A DNA stretch of 63,382 nt, the filler included, from Sphacelaria rigidula (taxonomy: Eukaryota), in the NCBI GenBank assembly GCA_964200075.2. It is 5 parts of 5 records of this genome, joined end to end, with 100 filler letters (N's around TTAATTAATTAA, not from the genome) between each part and the next. Parts side by side here need not be neighbours in the genome. Positions count along the whole stretch, not along the records: positions 38,093 to 50,687 come from CAXNAA020003587.1; positions 50,788 to 63,382 come from CAXNAA020003588.1; 3 more parts are not named here. One strand, written 5' to 3'. Below, one piece after another: positions 39,626-51,840 of this stretch. The position numbers and the translations under genes were made by a program. The notes under the pieces were generated by a model, which saw nothing but the letters and a program-made list of their open reading frames with translations, had not been told where the DNA came from and searched no databases. How positions within the stretch are numbered: the first letter of the stretch is position 1; each line of letters opens with the position of its first letter.

Positions 39626-42600
39626 ATGTTCGGTATCGCGCAAGCAGCGCCAACACCGGTCCCCTCCGTGACCGTGCCAAACCCCTACAACCCTCAAGGA
39701 GGAGTAGCCCTCCCAGCACAGCAAGTTGAACGTGCACGGCAACGGTCGGAGGCTACAGGTACAACGAGAGAGGTCGGCAGGAAGCGAGGGCGTCCCGTAG
39801 GGAGCAAGAACAAGCCGACGGCGTTAAAGCCAGGCAGAAATGCAAGGACCGTTTCGGCCGAAGCAGCGGTCAAGGACACCCGAGAAATTACCACCATGTT
39901 CAGGAGAGATACCGAGTCTCGCGCGTCGACAGGTAGCGCACCATCGCCGAGTGCTCGGAGATCATCCGCAGGTGCAAGCCTACCGTCGCCGAGTGACCCA
40001 AACACCAGTAGTGCCGGAGATCGTGATGGTGGGAGAAGTGATGAATGGATCCGCGAGGACTAACAACGCATCACAACCAAGCACGACTTCGTCAGACAGC
40101 AGCAGCAGCAGGAGCAGCGGCGGCGGCCACCGCACCTCGAACGTGTCACCTCAGCGCCAGTTCATCGAAGAGATCAAGATCAAGATAAAAGCATCCAGGA
40201 AGCACGAGAACGGGGGAGTCTCGCGGATATCGGAGTATCCCTATAATGGCGGATGGGCGTACCCTCCTGTTCCCTCACTACAGAAAGGCGGAGGTGAGTG
40301 ACTCTGTCGCGGACTGGTGAAAACTGTACAGTAGTAGAACTTGAAGGTGTCCTACTGTCTGTAGCACATGGCACATGGCGTAGATCATGCACAAGACGTA
40401 TCACTTGGTGACGGGGTGGTATACCCCGTAGGGATGATATTTTCCGTAACATACCGGACTCCTGACCGTTACAGGTCTACCATGCGTGGAGCCGTTCTAC
40501 CTGAAGAAGGTGTTCACGTGGGTGCCTGAGTACATCTGGGATGAGATCGAGTGTATTCCCTGTCCGCATTGTGGCGGGCGTGGGCAACCGGATGGGTGGA
40601 ATTATGAACCACGGAGAGTCTTTTTGGAGGACGATATCTGCTACATGATCGGATTCAGGTGGGCCTGCCTACACTGCTGTTCATATACTTTCGAGTACAA
40701 AGCGCGACAGATGTTGAGAAACTCTTGTATGGAGCTTGGCTCGGCGTCTTATTTCCCATTTCAGCAGAAATGCGTAAATACGAATTCGTATTGTTCAAAG
40801 AGGTGCAAAACGCCAAATGCTTAATTTTGAAATTCTTATTTTGCACAGGCAGAGGACAAGGGGGCATCCAAGGTCCCCCCTACTCTTATCCTCTGCCAAA
40901 AGAGACTACAGGTACAGTCCTGTGCCGTGCGCCAGTAGTAAGCAGTACGTGAATCTGTGTTGTTCCGAAAGACAAATCGTAACAAAATACAGTACCGTAC
41001 GCGTGTTTGCACAGGTTGTCATTATCCATAGGGTGTCCCAGTAGAGATTATCGTTGTTTGCCAGTTTAAGAGAGGAGGCAGCTTGTTTGGGGGCCTGATG
41101 TAGCCGTGGTGATTGTGAAGGCAATTTCTAATTTTTTTTATCTGTAGTGCATTCTTGTAGATTGTTCCCTGCCGACCCCCTGCCACTTTTAGATCTCTCA
41201 TTATTATTTTCCCCTTGAGTTCAGCACGAATGCTTACCCGTGCATTCTTAAATTTTAAAAAAACAAGCCTGAAATTCTTGACCACGAAATTTCCAACATG
41301 TGTCGCGCTCTGTGCATGAGTACATCCATTGCTGCCGAAGAAATATGTCACTGTTGGTCTCCGCATAAAAGTGCTGCATGTGAGGTGTTTTTTTTCGAAC
41401 CGCGGTCGGTATATTTTATCAAAGTTACTTGCAGTTAAGGATCGCTCGTGGTTGGTACTAAACTCGCGCTTTTGTAAGAGGTACTATTGCAAGCGGTGTG
41501 TCGATACCAACAAGACGAAGCAGAAAGATCAGCGTACAACCACCACATTCAATGCACGGGATGCCGACGTTTTGGCGAGGATGAACGACTTCGTGTCTAA
41601 AGAATTCCCATTCGTCCTGACCAAGAAAGCCGCCATATCTATGACCGTGGTAAACCGTTTAGCGGATGATCTCCTCGAGGGGAAAGGCTTTCGGCGACTT
41701 CAAAATCTCTTGAAAGGGCATACTCTGCAACGTACTTCAAACTCTTCCGTTCGTACGTGTCGCTAGCCAATCACCGTGTGTCTCAACTCAAGGGTTTGCA
41801 GGAGCAAGATTTTGACGTCGGCCCTATCGCAAGGTTTGGGTGTATCGGAGATCCTGTCGGGTTCAACAGCAGTCATCCATCTGCTCACTATCTGCGGGAC
41901 ATCTGGCACAAATGGTTCTACGAAATTCCCATTATACAGGTACGGAGAAGTGAAAGATTAGCAGATTTTGGTGTACGCGTAGTTTGGCTGTATGAATATG
42001 AGAGGAACAGCAGGCGGTGTGGGTAAGGACGAATCAACAGTGTCAGTGTTGATAGTGGCCATGACTTTTGTTTATTCCCTCGGATTGGTATCCCGTCAGG
42101 ATGATGGACAGGCGTGGACGCGTGAAGACTATCTGTAGCGTCGAGCTCAGTTAGTTGACGGTCGGCTGCTGGCAGGCGATGCTTCCTTCAAGTACGCCAA
42201 GGTAGTCCGATTGCCCACAGGACCAGATGGGACACGCGCGCGGCCCGTGTACGGGATATTCACCATCATGAACGAGTACGACCAGGTGGGGGAGAATGCC
42301 GTTCATGTCAACGCGACGTGGTTGCGATTTGCAATTTTTTGTTATCCACCAATTGATGCACAACTCCTCTTTTCTTGACCCGTTTTTTCGGTCGAGGCCT
42401 CACGCTTAACCCTCCCCCGCTGACTCCCTGGGCTGCTTTTCCCGTATTCTAGGTCGTATTTTCAAAGGCCATGAAGACTGGATCAGTCCACGATCTCAAG
42501 AATGATCTTAAAATGATGTTCATCAAGCGCTTCGTGGGTCATGGCTTCTAACTCCCAGTGATCCTTTTCACAGGTACGACACTTGTTTCGAAGAAAGCAA

Positions 42601-45600
42601 ATTGTCTTCGATAAGTAGGCTCCGTTGTTCATAGTGTAGATTATCCCACCGCTAATTCTTGTCTCTTCATCCGTTGTATATGTCTTCGCATCGCAGACGA
42701 ATGTTGCGAGGATCGGGGACTGCTCCTCGCGATGTTCCGAGAGATACTGGAGGAAACTGGTGTCCGTTTGTACGATGCTGCTGACGCCGATAGCGTAAAT
42801 GAAGAGACTACTGTGCCTGAACTCTCATTCCCCTCGCCCACGCGTGGCAAGTACGTTTGGGATCTGGCACCGGGAGCAAGCGCCATCTCGTTGGCGGTTT
42901 CTCAGCTTGCCAAAGGCTGCACTGTTCAAGGGAATGATTTGGGATTCGACTGCGAATGGGAGCCAGCGCTAGGCGGCGCGATACCAAATCCTGTCTCAAC
43001 TGTCCAGCTGTCGCTTCCTGATGGCACCGCCTACTGCTTTCATCTTCAAGGTGGGCAAAATCGAACCACCCCGTCGAACTTCCCGGCTGCCTTGCGACAA
43101 CTTCTGGAAGACCCTTCCATCGCAAAGGTATAGTTAGTGTGCCCATGTTCAAAGAACTTAGGTACAAATGAGGTGTGTGTGCGTTACTCATTCAGTCTGC
43201 CGCTTCCGCTCATCTGCAGGTTGGTGTAAATGTGAATTCTGATGCTTCTCTTTTGGAGCGAGACTATGGCGTCGACGTCGGCAACACCGTAGACGTGAGG
43301 ACTCACGCAAGAGAGTGTTGGGTGGAGACGCCGTCTCGTTCGCTGGCGGGCATGGTGGGTGCTTTGATCGGGAAAGAACTCTTTAAAGATCCGACCATCC
43401 GCTTCTCTCGATGGAGCAGCGGTTCCCTCACAAATGAGCAGGTGGGATTCAGGAAGCTCTGCGCGTTGCTTTTGCGCCTGCAACGATTTTCTTGTGGTAT
43501 CCTTCTCATCACTGCTTAGTTGTTTACTTGGTGCTTTTCAACTTGCTGTTTTCTTCGTGCTCTCATGATGAACCACGCTCTTCTTATGGCCACAGGTGCA
43601 GTATGCGTGCCTAGACGCATCCGCGTCCGTGCTCGTGTACCAGGAAATCGAGAGACTGAAAGACCCCATACGCACCCCCGCACCGACTACGCTGCCGGTT
43701 GGAACGAAGGTGCGAATGCCATGTTTGTATCAGGTGCGCCGAAGCTGTTTGCTTGCGCCGTTCAATCATGTAGGATGTACATCACGATCGCTCGCAAGAG
43801 ATACTGCTATCACGTCCGCAAATTGTGTGTTGTATCGTGCTGTTTTAATAGGTGCGTCTCTACAGCAACAACCATGCCAATTGTGTTGGTCTTGGGGAGG
43901 TGCAGGGTGACGAGAATGCTTCTCAAGCTCTGCGTCGGTGGCGCCCTAGATCCTGGCAACGGTTGAAAGGTGTTATCGTAGTCAACCTGACCGAGGCGCT
44001 CGTGCCTGCTGCGTTCATTCCGCACAAAAATGCACCTTCTGTCTCTGGTGTGAAACGAGTGACGTTGAACGACGTCTTCGACAGCGATAACGGCAGTCTT
44101 GTTCTGTGGGACGTTGCCTATGTTCGCCTCGCGAGGGATTTGACACCACGTCCTCCGACACCGGCACCTTCAGCAACTAAGAGTACAAGTGCCGCTTACG
44201 ATGACGACGCCGAGTTCTTCGCTGCTGATCCACCTTGCCATGTCGTGCGCTCGCCAGGTGAGATCGTGGCCCCTTCTGTGATGGCGTTGTGATGGGTTGT
44301 GAAACCCTCGCATTTTGGGCACTTGGCGCTTTGTTCACGACGATATCGTATTAACCAAACCAGAACTATTTGCATAGTTCTCCCTGTAGATGATGAAGAC
44401 TTGGGTGAGGACGGAGAGGACAGCGATGGGCATGATGACGGTGACCTCGGTCTTAGGCGTTGCGCTTGCCACACGAGAGCCGTGAACGACAGCAATGGTG
44501 ATATCAACATTGGCCAAGATGCCAATGCTGCGAAGGTAGAAAGCGTTTTTTATTGTCAATTTCACTGTTGTCCCTGAAGGTTGTTACCTGCAGACGCCAA
44601 TCATCGGTGTGCTGCCACTGCCGTTATTCAACGTTGGTTGTATTCATCCAACTTTCGGAGGAGAGGAGGCGCATGCTCAAGGTTCGCCTCGACATCTTTC
44701 ACGCGCTTCAGCGTCTGTCGCGCTTGCTGAAGAAGAGCCATGGTGCCTTCAGGCCCTTCATGGCTCGATTGAGAGATGCTTGCTTCATCGTAAATCTAGC
44801 CGACAACAAAGAGGCAAGAGTTGTTGACATTTCGTCTGCTATTGGTCGCGTAAGTGACTTTTGTGAGGATTTTAATATTATGCACAGATTAGTTCCGGCG
44901 GTGTGCTGAAGCTTGCATCGCAACCACTACGCTCGTTCCGATTTCGTTCCCAACCTAGATATCTGTTCGGTAATGACAGGTCGAGTTAGCTCTGAAAGCG
45001 CAAGGCATGAAACCGGAGGAGGTGGCAACTTACAAGAAAAAAAACTGGACCTTTTTTCTGCGGAACTGCCGGCGGTTGGTGCCAAACCGGGAACGTTTGT
45101 CGGCACGTTTCGATTCAGTGATCGACCAATTCCGGAACGTGGTCGACGCGAAATCCGGAGAAGTTCTCCTTCGACCAAAAGCAATGGACGCCATCAACCT
45201 CCTCCGCAAGCACATCGAAGCTGGCTGCCTCAGCGACCCTGACGGAGTGCCGCTGTACTACGCAACAGGCAAAAGCGCAGCCGGGATCACTACGCGTCGC
45301 TGTGTCAGAGGGACCAATAGCACTGAGGTTAGCTTTATATCCAGAACACTAATGGAGATGAAATCAACGAGCCAATCCATCGCCATCAAAAATCATATTT
45401 CTATGTTGGTCGTGTCACGTGTGTGACTTCTCTCCTCAGCTTGGCGATGGGAAAGATTTTTGTAGTATGGACCTGACATGCGTTTTGTTTTTTCGTTCCC
45501 TGTACATGCTTGTTCTCGAAAGGGTTATCATCGTTATCTCCGCAGGTTGCTACTACCATACTGCGCATCTCCCTCGCTGGCTCACTCCATGCTCCTCGAG

Positions 45601-46692
45601 TTCAACCATCGTTGGAATATCAAGATGGCTGTGAAGAACCGCGACCTGCGGAAGGATATTGGAGGATGTTTCGACCAGTTCGATATTGAGATAATTCAGC
45701 GCGAGACATCCACTTGGTACACGGACAGCCCCTTGCTTTCTGAGTGGGTCTCTGCACTTGATGCTGCAGACACGGGTGAGAGGAGTGGGCTTTCGAAGAG
45801 CATATGGGGTGGTGCGATGGGCAGCGTGCCAGCGGATTTCGTTGGTGACCAAGGGATGGTTCAGGAACCGGTGCCCCTCCCGAGGCTCACGCTCTCTGCA
45901 AAGCAATACGCACGCATGATGGACGTTGGAATGCCTGAAACGCCCGTACACAATGCAGTCGAGAGGAGAAAATTCGCCGCCGAGCTAGACGCGTACCTTT
46001 TTATTCCAGGCGATCGGATGGGGAGACTCCAGCAGCACCAGAGTATCAACTTCGATAAGTGGGCAGTAGAGTGGAATAATCACTGTGAATCGATCGAGTC
46101 CGGTCGGACGGAGTGGGAAGCCGTCTACCGGAAAACCTCCAAGCAACTACAGTCTCACTACGAGCAGTTTAAGCAACGCGCCAATGCGACGAACACAATA
46201 TTTACTATACGTCAAACGCATGCTGAATTGCGAGGTTCTTCACAGGAACCAGGAGGGGAGGGGTTGTTTGCTGGTCTAGTCGGTAGTGTAGTACCCCCTG
46301 CTGTTCCGCGGAGTCGTTCTGAGGCAGGCATTGGCGGTGGTGAGGGAGGGGGTGCTGCGGGCGGCGCGGGCCCGTCCGCTGGGAATGATGCAGTGATGAA
46401 CGAGGTTGGGAGATGCGGGGATGCAGAGATGAACTCCGAACCCACGCCCAAGAAGCCCAAGGGCCCATCCCGAGCCCCACAACAGTGCCGTACGTGTGGC
46501 CACTGTAAACAACGCGGCGGTTACAAGCGATTTCACCCGACACCGCGAGAGAAAGGGGCGATGCCGCAATGCAATGTACCGCTACAAGATCGCCGCCCTC
46601 AATCATGTAGAAACGGGAAAAGGAGATGCCGTGGGGGAGATCGGGCATGGTCTCGGTGTGACTGTGAAAAATGCAGAGCAGATGACGCATGA
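39626..46692 (+). pseudogene. Intron-containing DDE transposase (DUF6729-like N-terminus, DxxH class) with inserted DEDDy 3'-5' exonuclease; lightly pseudogenised
   Basis: Exons 39626-40293, 40475-40658, 41481-41939, 42100-42285, 42453-42573, 42697-43127, 43220-43441, 43596-43709, 43852-44257, 44390-44535, ~44651-44813, 44980-45327 and 45523-46692. Motifs: AT-hook RKRGRPVGSKNK; CPHC...YYCKRC; FPFVLTKKAAI; LAGDASFK; FTDECC; VRLDIFH; RGTNSTEGYH; C-terminal CRTCGH...CDCEKC. Lesions: frameshifts near 40050 and 41690, TAG at 42136, TAA at 42549. Confidence 0.82.
42940..43660 (+). CDS. WRN/RNase D-like DEDDy 3'-5' exonuclease domain (within the transposase)
   Basis: Exo I LGFDCEW, VQLS, LRQLLEDPSIAKVGVNVNSD (Exo II), SLAGMV, SRWS...LTNEQVQYACLDA (Exo III YxxxD), spread over three exons. 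Confidence 0.92.
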
Positions 46693-46820
46693 TTGTTGCG
46701 AGATATTCAGACTTGTTTTCAACTGGTAGAGTTGATCTCTGGTGCACTGTAAATAATGAACCAGCAATCGCTTTCAGGAGCGAAAGTGCTTGGACCGCTT
46801 CGTTTTCTTCCGATGTTTAA

Positions 46821-46917
46821 CCCTTCGACCGCGAGGCTAGGTCACCGGCTGAATCGTCATCAATTTCACTCAAAAAAGTATGCGTGATCCAGATAGACTA
46901 CCCTCGCGGTCGAATGG
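46821..46917. mobile_element. 97-bp piggyBac-like MITE
   Basis: TTAA on both sides; TIRs CCCTTCGACCGCGAGG and CCTCGCGGTCGAATGG (15/16). Confidence 0.8.
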
Positions 46918-47375
46918 TTAATGGGTTGACGTGTTATTGCCATGTGTTATGTGATTTTGCCGCGTCAGTTGTCTAGTTGCTCTGCTTACGCCGACTCCTT
47001 CGAAACCATGAGGTCATCCGGTGAATACTCATGTACCGAGCGCAAAAAATCGGGTGGAAATTGAGCCTAATCTCGAAGAGAAACATCAAAGTTTGTAAAA
47101 TTGCCGACTCGGATCGCACGCGCCGGTGGGAGACAAAAGTCCCTCATTGTATATTCAGGGTTAATAGGTTGACGTGTTATTGTCGTGTGTTGTGTGCTTT
47201 TGCCGCGCCAGTTATCTAGCTGCCCTGCTTACACCGACTTCTCCGAAACCGTAAGGTCATCCGGTGGATACTCATGTACCAAACGCAAGAAAGCGGGTGG
47301 AAATTGAGCCTAATCTCGAAGAGAAACATCATAGTTTGTGAAATTGCTGGCTCAGATCGCAGCACCAGTGGGAGA
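46918..47375 (+). repeat. Tandem duplication, 243-bp period, in the transposon 3' subterminal region
   Basis: ttaat.ggttgacgtgttattg starts at both 46918 and 47161. Confidence 0.85.
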
Positions 47376-48140
47376 AACAATTCCGTTGTTACATATGCAT
47401 GTATATTTTAATTATTTACCACCGTGAAAAAAAAATTCGCGCTTCGCGCGAATAATTTATTTCACTACAAATTCATCCCCATGTATGGGTGCTGTGCCGG
47501 GTGCCAGGCGTGCGTGCCCACTTGACGTTCACCCCGTGCAAGACTTCTAGAATCTGCGGCACATTTCCAGCACCGGTACCCTAAGCGCTTTGATCTTCAC
47601 TCCCTGCTTCTGCGGGCATGTTCTTCTCTGCTTGCTTTGACTTACCCCTACCACCGCACCACCTACCGTTTTGGTACACCTGGCGCAGGCCGACGTTACC
47701 GGCAAACACGTGCGGTGCAGTACAACAACTACTATCGCAATCATACAGCGATCAGGGGGTACCCCTCCCATAAAATCGGGTACCCCCCCTCCTTCAACCC
47801 CAAAATGAGGTTAGTGCGGCGAAAGAGGGGGTGGTGCATGGATTTCCCGACGTGGGGCCCCTCGGAGCGTTAGCAGTCAGACGGAAGCCACAAACGAGCT
47901 CCGAGAGTATTAGTAGTCATGATCCAATCCTCGATTATGAAACGCTAGGAGGCATGTAAGTACCGGTGGAGACATGGACTGATTCCTTGAGAAGACGTAC
48001 TCATCCTGAAAAGGGAGGGGGGGGGGGGGGGGGGGGGCCAAACAAGTGGGAAAAACCAAACGGGAAGAAATANNNNNNNNNNGAAGACGGAGAGGGGGTG
48101 TCGGGCGGGGAGGGGCAGGCGGGGGGGGGGGGGGGGGGGG

Positions 48141-48185
<45 letters not shown>

Positions 48186-48263
48186 CTGGTGGCCAAACAA
48201 GTGGGAAAATCCAAACGGGAAGATATATATATCATGATAAAGTACCAGAGGGGTGGCGGTTAC

Positions 48264-48356
48264 CTCGAGACGATCCAAAAAAAATCCCATGCACTCAGCT
48301 CTGACGGGCGGGGGCACTTCTTGCTCAAAGATGAATTGCTCCACCTCCAGCGCATC
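48264..48356 (-). CDS. Isolated probable exon (DALEVEQFIFEQEVPPPVRAECMGFFLDRLE), helical, product unknown
   Basis: cag acceptor, gtaacc donor, 31 open codons. Confidence 0.3.
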
Positions 48357-49431
48357 CTGACGAGATCAACAACAGCCATGATCCAGAAACAAAGACGTTT
48401 CGTCAAGTCATCGTCCATAATGAAATAGCACGCATTTGAACAGCTCAATCATCCGTTCTCCCATGTATCGAAAAATATCAAGTCGTTATTCATCATGCCG
48501 CCCTGTGCTGCATCCATTTAGTCTGTGCTCGTGGGAAAGCAACAGTCAATCGCCCACCAAGATCCTGCGACAGCATCATGTCAACATCTATTAATAGCAG
48601 AAAGAACATGTCTTGTTGGCGTTATGATTCTTCGGGAATCCCATGTGCTCCAGTTAAGGCCGAAAATCGACGGTTCCAACCCTGGCAGATGTGTCACTAC
48701 CATCATTAGCCCCGTCTCTTGAACCCGCGGTCACGGACTTCGACTAGTCTTTTCAGCACCGCCACTACTATATTTTACATGTGTGCTCAGGGTGTTCTTC
48801 CCAAGTGTTTAATACCCATCGTTCGAAACATGAGGAAGTGAAACAGCACAGCAGCGCAGCAGCACAGAGTGAAATTCCCGACAGTCGGCGCGGTCCGGGA
48901 ATGCCGATGTTCATGATGCACTCCTCGGCGGCACCACACCATTAGGCAGGTACCGAACGAGAGGACAGATGGGTTCATCCGTCAACACTACGTACGAACC
49001 CATGTCTGCCGCTGCCATCGCTACTTTGTACTCGGACACCGCAGACCTTACCGTCGTGAGTCTTTTGTTGCCCATGAATGACTGTTTTCGCAATCCACAG
49101 CTCGCCCGCCGGACGTGAGGCATGAGGTGCGGTACTATAGTGTATGTATAGTGTATGTATAGTGTTCACGGTTAGGACAAATCATCACGACTCACAATCA
49201 CCAAATTTACGATTTCTTCGGCGTGATTGCCCAGAAGGGAGAACAAAGTTGATCGCTGGTCCAAGGGGTATCCACGCAAATTTTGCGCCATATCACGTGT
49301 CTGGGCTACGTGTACCTGGGTTGCAACGCTGAAATCAAGCCTGACGATTGATTCGTCACGAGTCGACTCATGATACTAAAACCGAGTAGTTTTCAGACGA
49401 ATCATTATTTGTCCGACCCTTGATAGTGTTT

Positions 49432-49637
49432 CAAGGGTAGGTCGAGTAGAGTACACTCAATTGCGGAGTATTTTGAAAGTCGTACTTGAAGTACACAAAT
49501 TGGGGGGTAAGGTTTTAGGGATCGCTTCCCAGTTATTTTTGGGGTACGGCTTCTAACGCTCTACCCTAATTTGAGTACCTTACGTTCGTCTTTCAAATTA
49601 CCCCGCAATTGAGTATACTCTACTCGACCTGCCCTTG
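49432..49637. mobile_element. MITE with CAAGGG TIRs (hAT-like termini)
   Basis: CAAGGGTAGGTCGAGTAGAGTACACTCAATTGCGG and its near-exact reverse complement. Related elements at 49959-50196 and 29665-29960. Confidence 0.8.
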
Positions 49638-49958
49638 TATAGTGTTTGTATAGTGTATGCCCTCAATCGTACATACAGTTCGCACGCGTACGAGCAGCGG
49701 AGCATTGCGCAAAGTCTCGAGGCATCTACTGGACGCGCCTAGCACGCGCTTTGGCGACTTGGACAGCATAGGCCTCTCTGTGAAATCCCCCACTTCGGCT
49801 GTACAACTTGAGACGTGTGTTGTAAGGTGTTGAGCCTATATGTCCACGAAAGTGTCAGCAGATAGCACTAGAACGATTCACTACTAGCAATAACAAGAAG
49901 ACATGAACCCTTTCCTATTCGCCAGCACGGTGAAATACTGCTGCTAGCAATCAAGTCT

Positions 49959-50196
49959 CAAGGGTAGATCGGGTGGGGTAAATACCCGGGTAGTTTTTCG
50001 CCCGAACTTAGGGTCGCGATGGACCGATCTCCAACCCACCCAAATGCTGGGTAGGGTGAGGTACGATCCCGATACTCTACTCAGTATTTGGGCATTGTTG
50101 AGTACCATCTCAATAATCTACCCGAGGTGTGGGTAATTAGCGCACGATATCTTCAAATACCCAACTGCAATAAAGAACCTACCCGACCTGCCCCTT
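49959..50196. mobile_element. MITE of the same CAAGGG family
   Basis: caagggtagatcgggt ... acccgacctgccccttg. Confidence 0.7.
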
Positions 50197-50687
50197 GAAA
50201 TTTCTTCGTCTTGCCATCATCACTGCTCACCACCCCAATGCCCATTTAGCGCCCATCTACGCCTACAAGAACCATTCTCCGAAAACTCGCGGCGCGGTGA
50301 GTGGACAAAATCTGGGAAGAGGCTACAAGCGTTCAACTAGGAGGGTGGCGGAGGATTGGTAATGGGGGTGCTCCATCACGAGGAGACAGACATGTTCACG
50401 TACCGTCTCCTGCATCTCATCCAAGAATCCTGCAGCTAGCATCAACCGAAGCACCACGCCCGCCTCCCTGTAGATACACAGCAAAAAAAATGCATGTCGT
50501 CATCCATAGCACCGAAGAACATTGGAGGTTTTATGCAGACATTGATGAGTGAATGTCTACTGCATTTGCACGCCTTTTCATGCCTTGCGGAGGAGGTGGA
50601 GGGGCGGGGGGGGGGCGTACTCATTTGTTGCTTGCCTTACTCGTGTGATCATTGAAAACGCATCCATTTCGAGCAGGAAGGAGGGGC

Positions 50688-50787
50688 NNNNNNNNNNNNN
50701 NNNNNNNNNNNNNNNNNNNNNNNNNNNNNNNTTAATTAATTAANNNNNNNNNNNNNNNNNNNNNNNNNNNNNNNNNNNNNNNNNNNN
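50688..50787. other. Artificial contig linker
   Basis: Same 100-bp linker. Confidence 0.97.
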
Positions 50788-51619
50788 TGGTACGATCATC
50801 CCCTTTGTGCGGAGTTGAGGTTCTCCCACGCCGCACAACATGATCTAGCTCGACCACCATGGGGAGAGTGTTTGATTGCACGAGAAACTCGGGTCACAAA
50901 TGTGTCACACAGCCTCACACATTAGCGGTGGAAATTGTTCATGGTTGGAAATGCTGCCAAGTACTTCGACCAGGAAAATGATGAAGGTAACAAAAGCATC
51001 CACATGAATATTTCTGCTTGCAGCGACATCTCAAGGAGCTCCTTCGTGCAACAATTGGCTCAGCCCCCCCTCCCCCCTCCCCCCTCCCCTATCGCCGGGT
51101 CCGGCGAAAACACGGCGTGCTCCGTCCGAGTTTTGCAGGGATGCAAGATTAGTGGTCTCATAACTGCGGCATGCAAGATCATGAGTACACCCTTCCCCCC
51201 CCTCCACTATCGTAGGATCAGTCCAAGCTAATCGTGGTCTGTCGACTAGTCCGTAGTTTCCTGAGGTGTCCCGCATTTCCTTGGCGCCGGTTCGGGGCGC
51301 CGATACGTTGCTAAAATCTGAAAAATTCGAAAAGCTTACCAGATGTTAGCTTCCGCAAAATGCAAATACCAGAATACGCTATACTAAATCGCGTTCGATG
51401 TATGCTGCAACCTCACACATCAGTAGTGAAAATTCTTGACGGGTAGAATATGCGATGTCGTATTTTTTGTACCGTGCGGTATTCGTACCGCTCATGGATC
51501 AGGGTGAGTACAATGGAGTAAGGAATATCTTGTAGGTAGGCGTACATGATTCTGAATCGTACCGTAACCACTATACCGCAACACACGGAAAATGTGTACA
51601 GTATTCGACTTAACGGTCG

Positions 51620-51840
51620 ACGAAGGAGAGAGAGAGTGCTGGCCCCTTCTCGTGAAAAAAAAAGAGGAAAGCACCGCATAGGGAAGTGGGGTACTAAAAA
51701 GAAACATGAAAAAAAAACACTCCTGTGTTGACCTTCCTCCTGTGTGGCCCCGGCTGGCGCGCCCACAAATACCGAAAGGTGTAGACCGGCGTCCTGAACA
51801 GATGGGATGACAACTCACACGACACAACACAGTACAACAC
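51620..51840 (+). mobile_element. SINE 3' part (same family)
   Basis: Reverse complement of the 5615-5720 and 1160-1265 motif, followed by an ACAC-rich tail. Confidence 0.6.

Larger units (their letters stand above)
38363..47869 (+). mobile_element. ~9.5-kb TIR DNA transposon encoding a transposase-exonuclease fusion
   Basis: 40-bp inverted repeats at 38363-38402 and 47830-47869 (35/40 identical by eye, inner 21 perfect) flank a spliced DDE-transposase-like gene. No TSD recognised. Confidence 0.75.

Noticed and set aside
42732-43710. Standalone host WRNexo/EXD2 gene
   Set aside because: Its exons are in phase with DDE-motif exons on both sides and lie within the TIRs.
47910-48240. Poly-Pro and poly-Gly ORFs
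   Set aside because: They derive from poly-G runs around an N gap with duplicated flanks, so they are low-complexity sequence or an assembly artefact.
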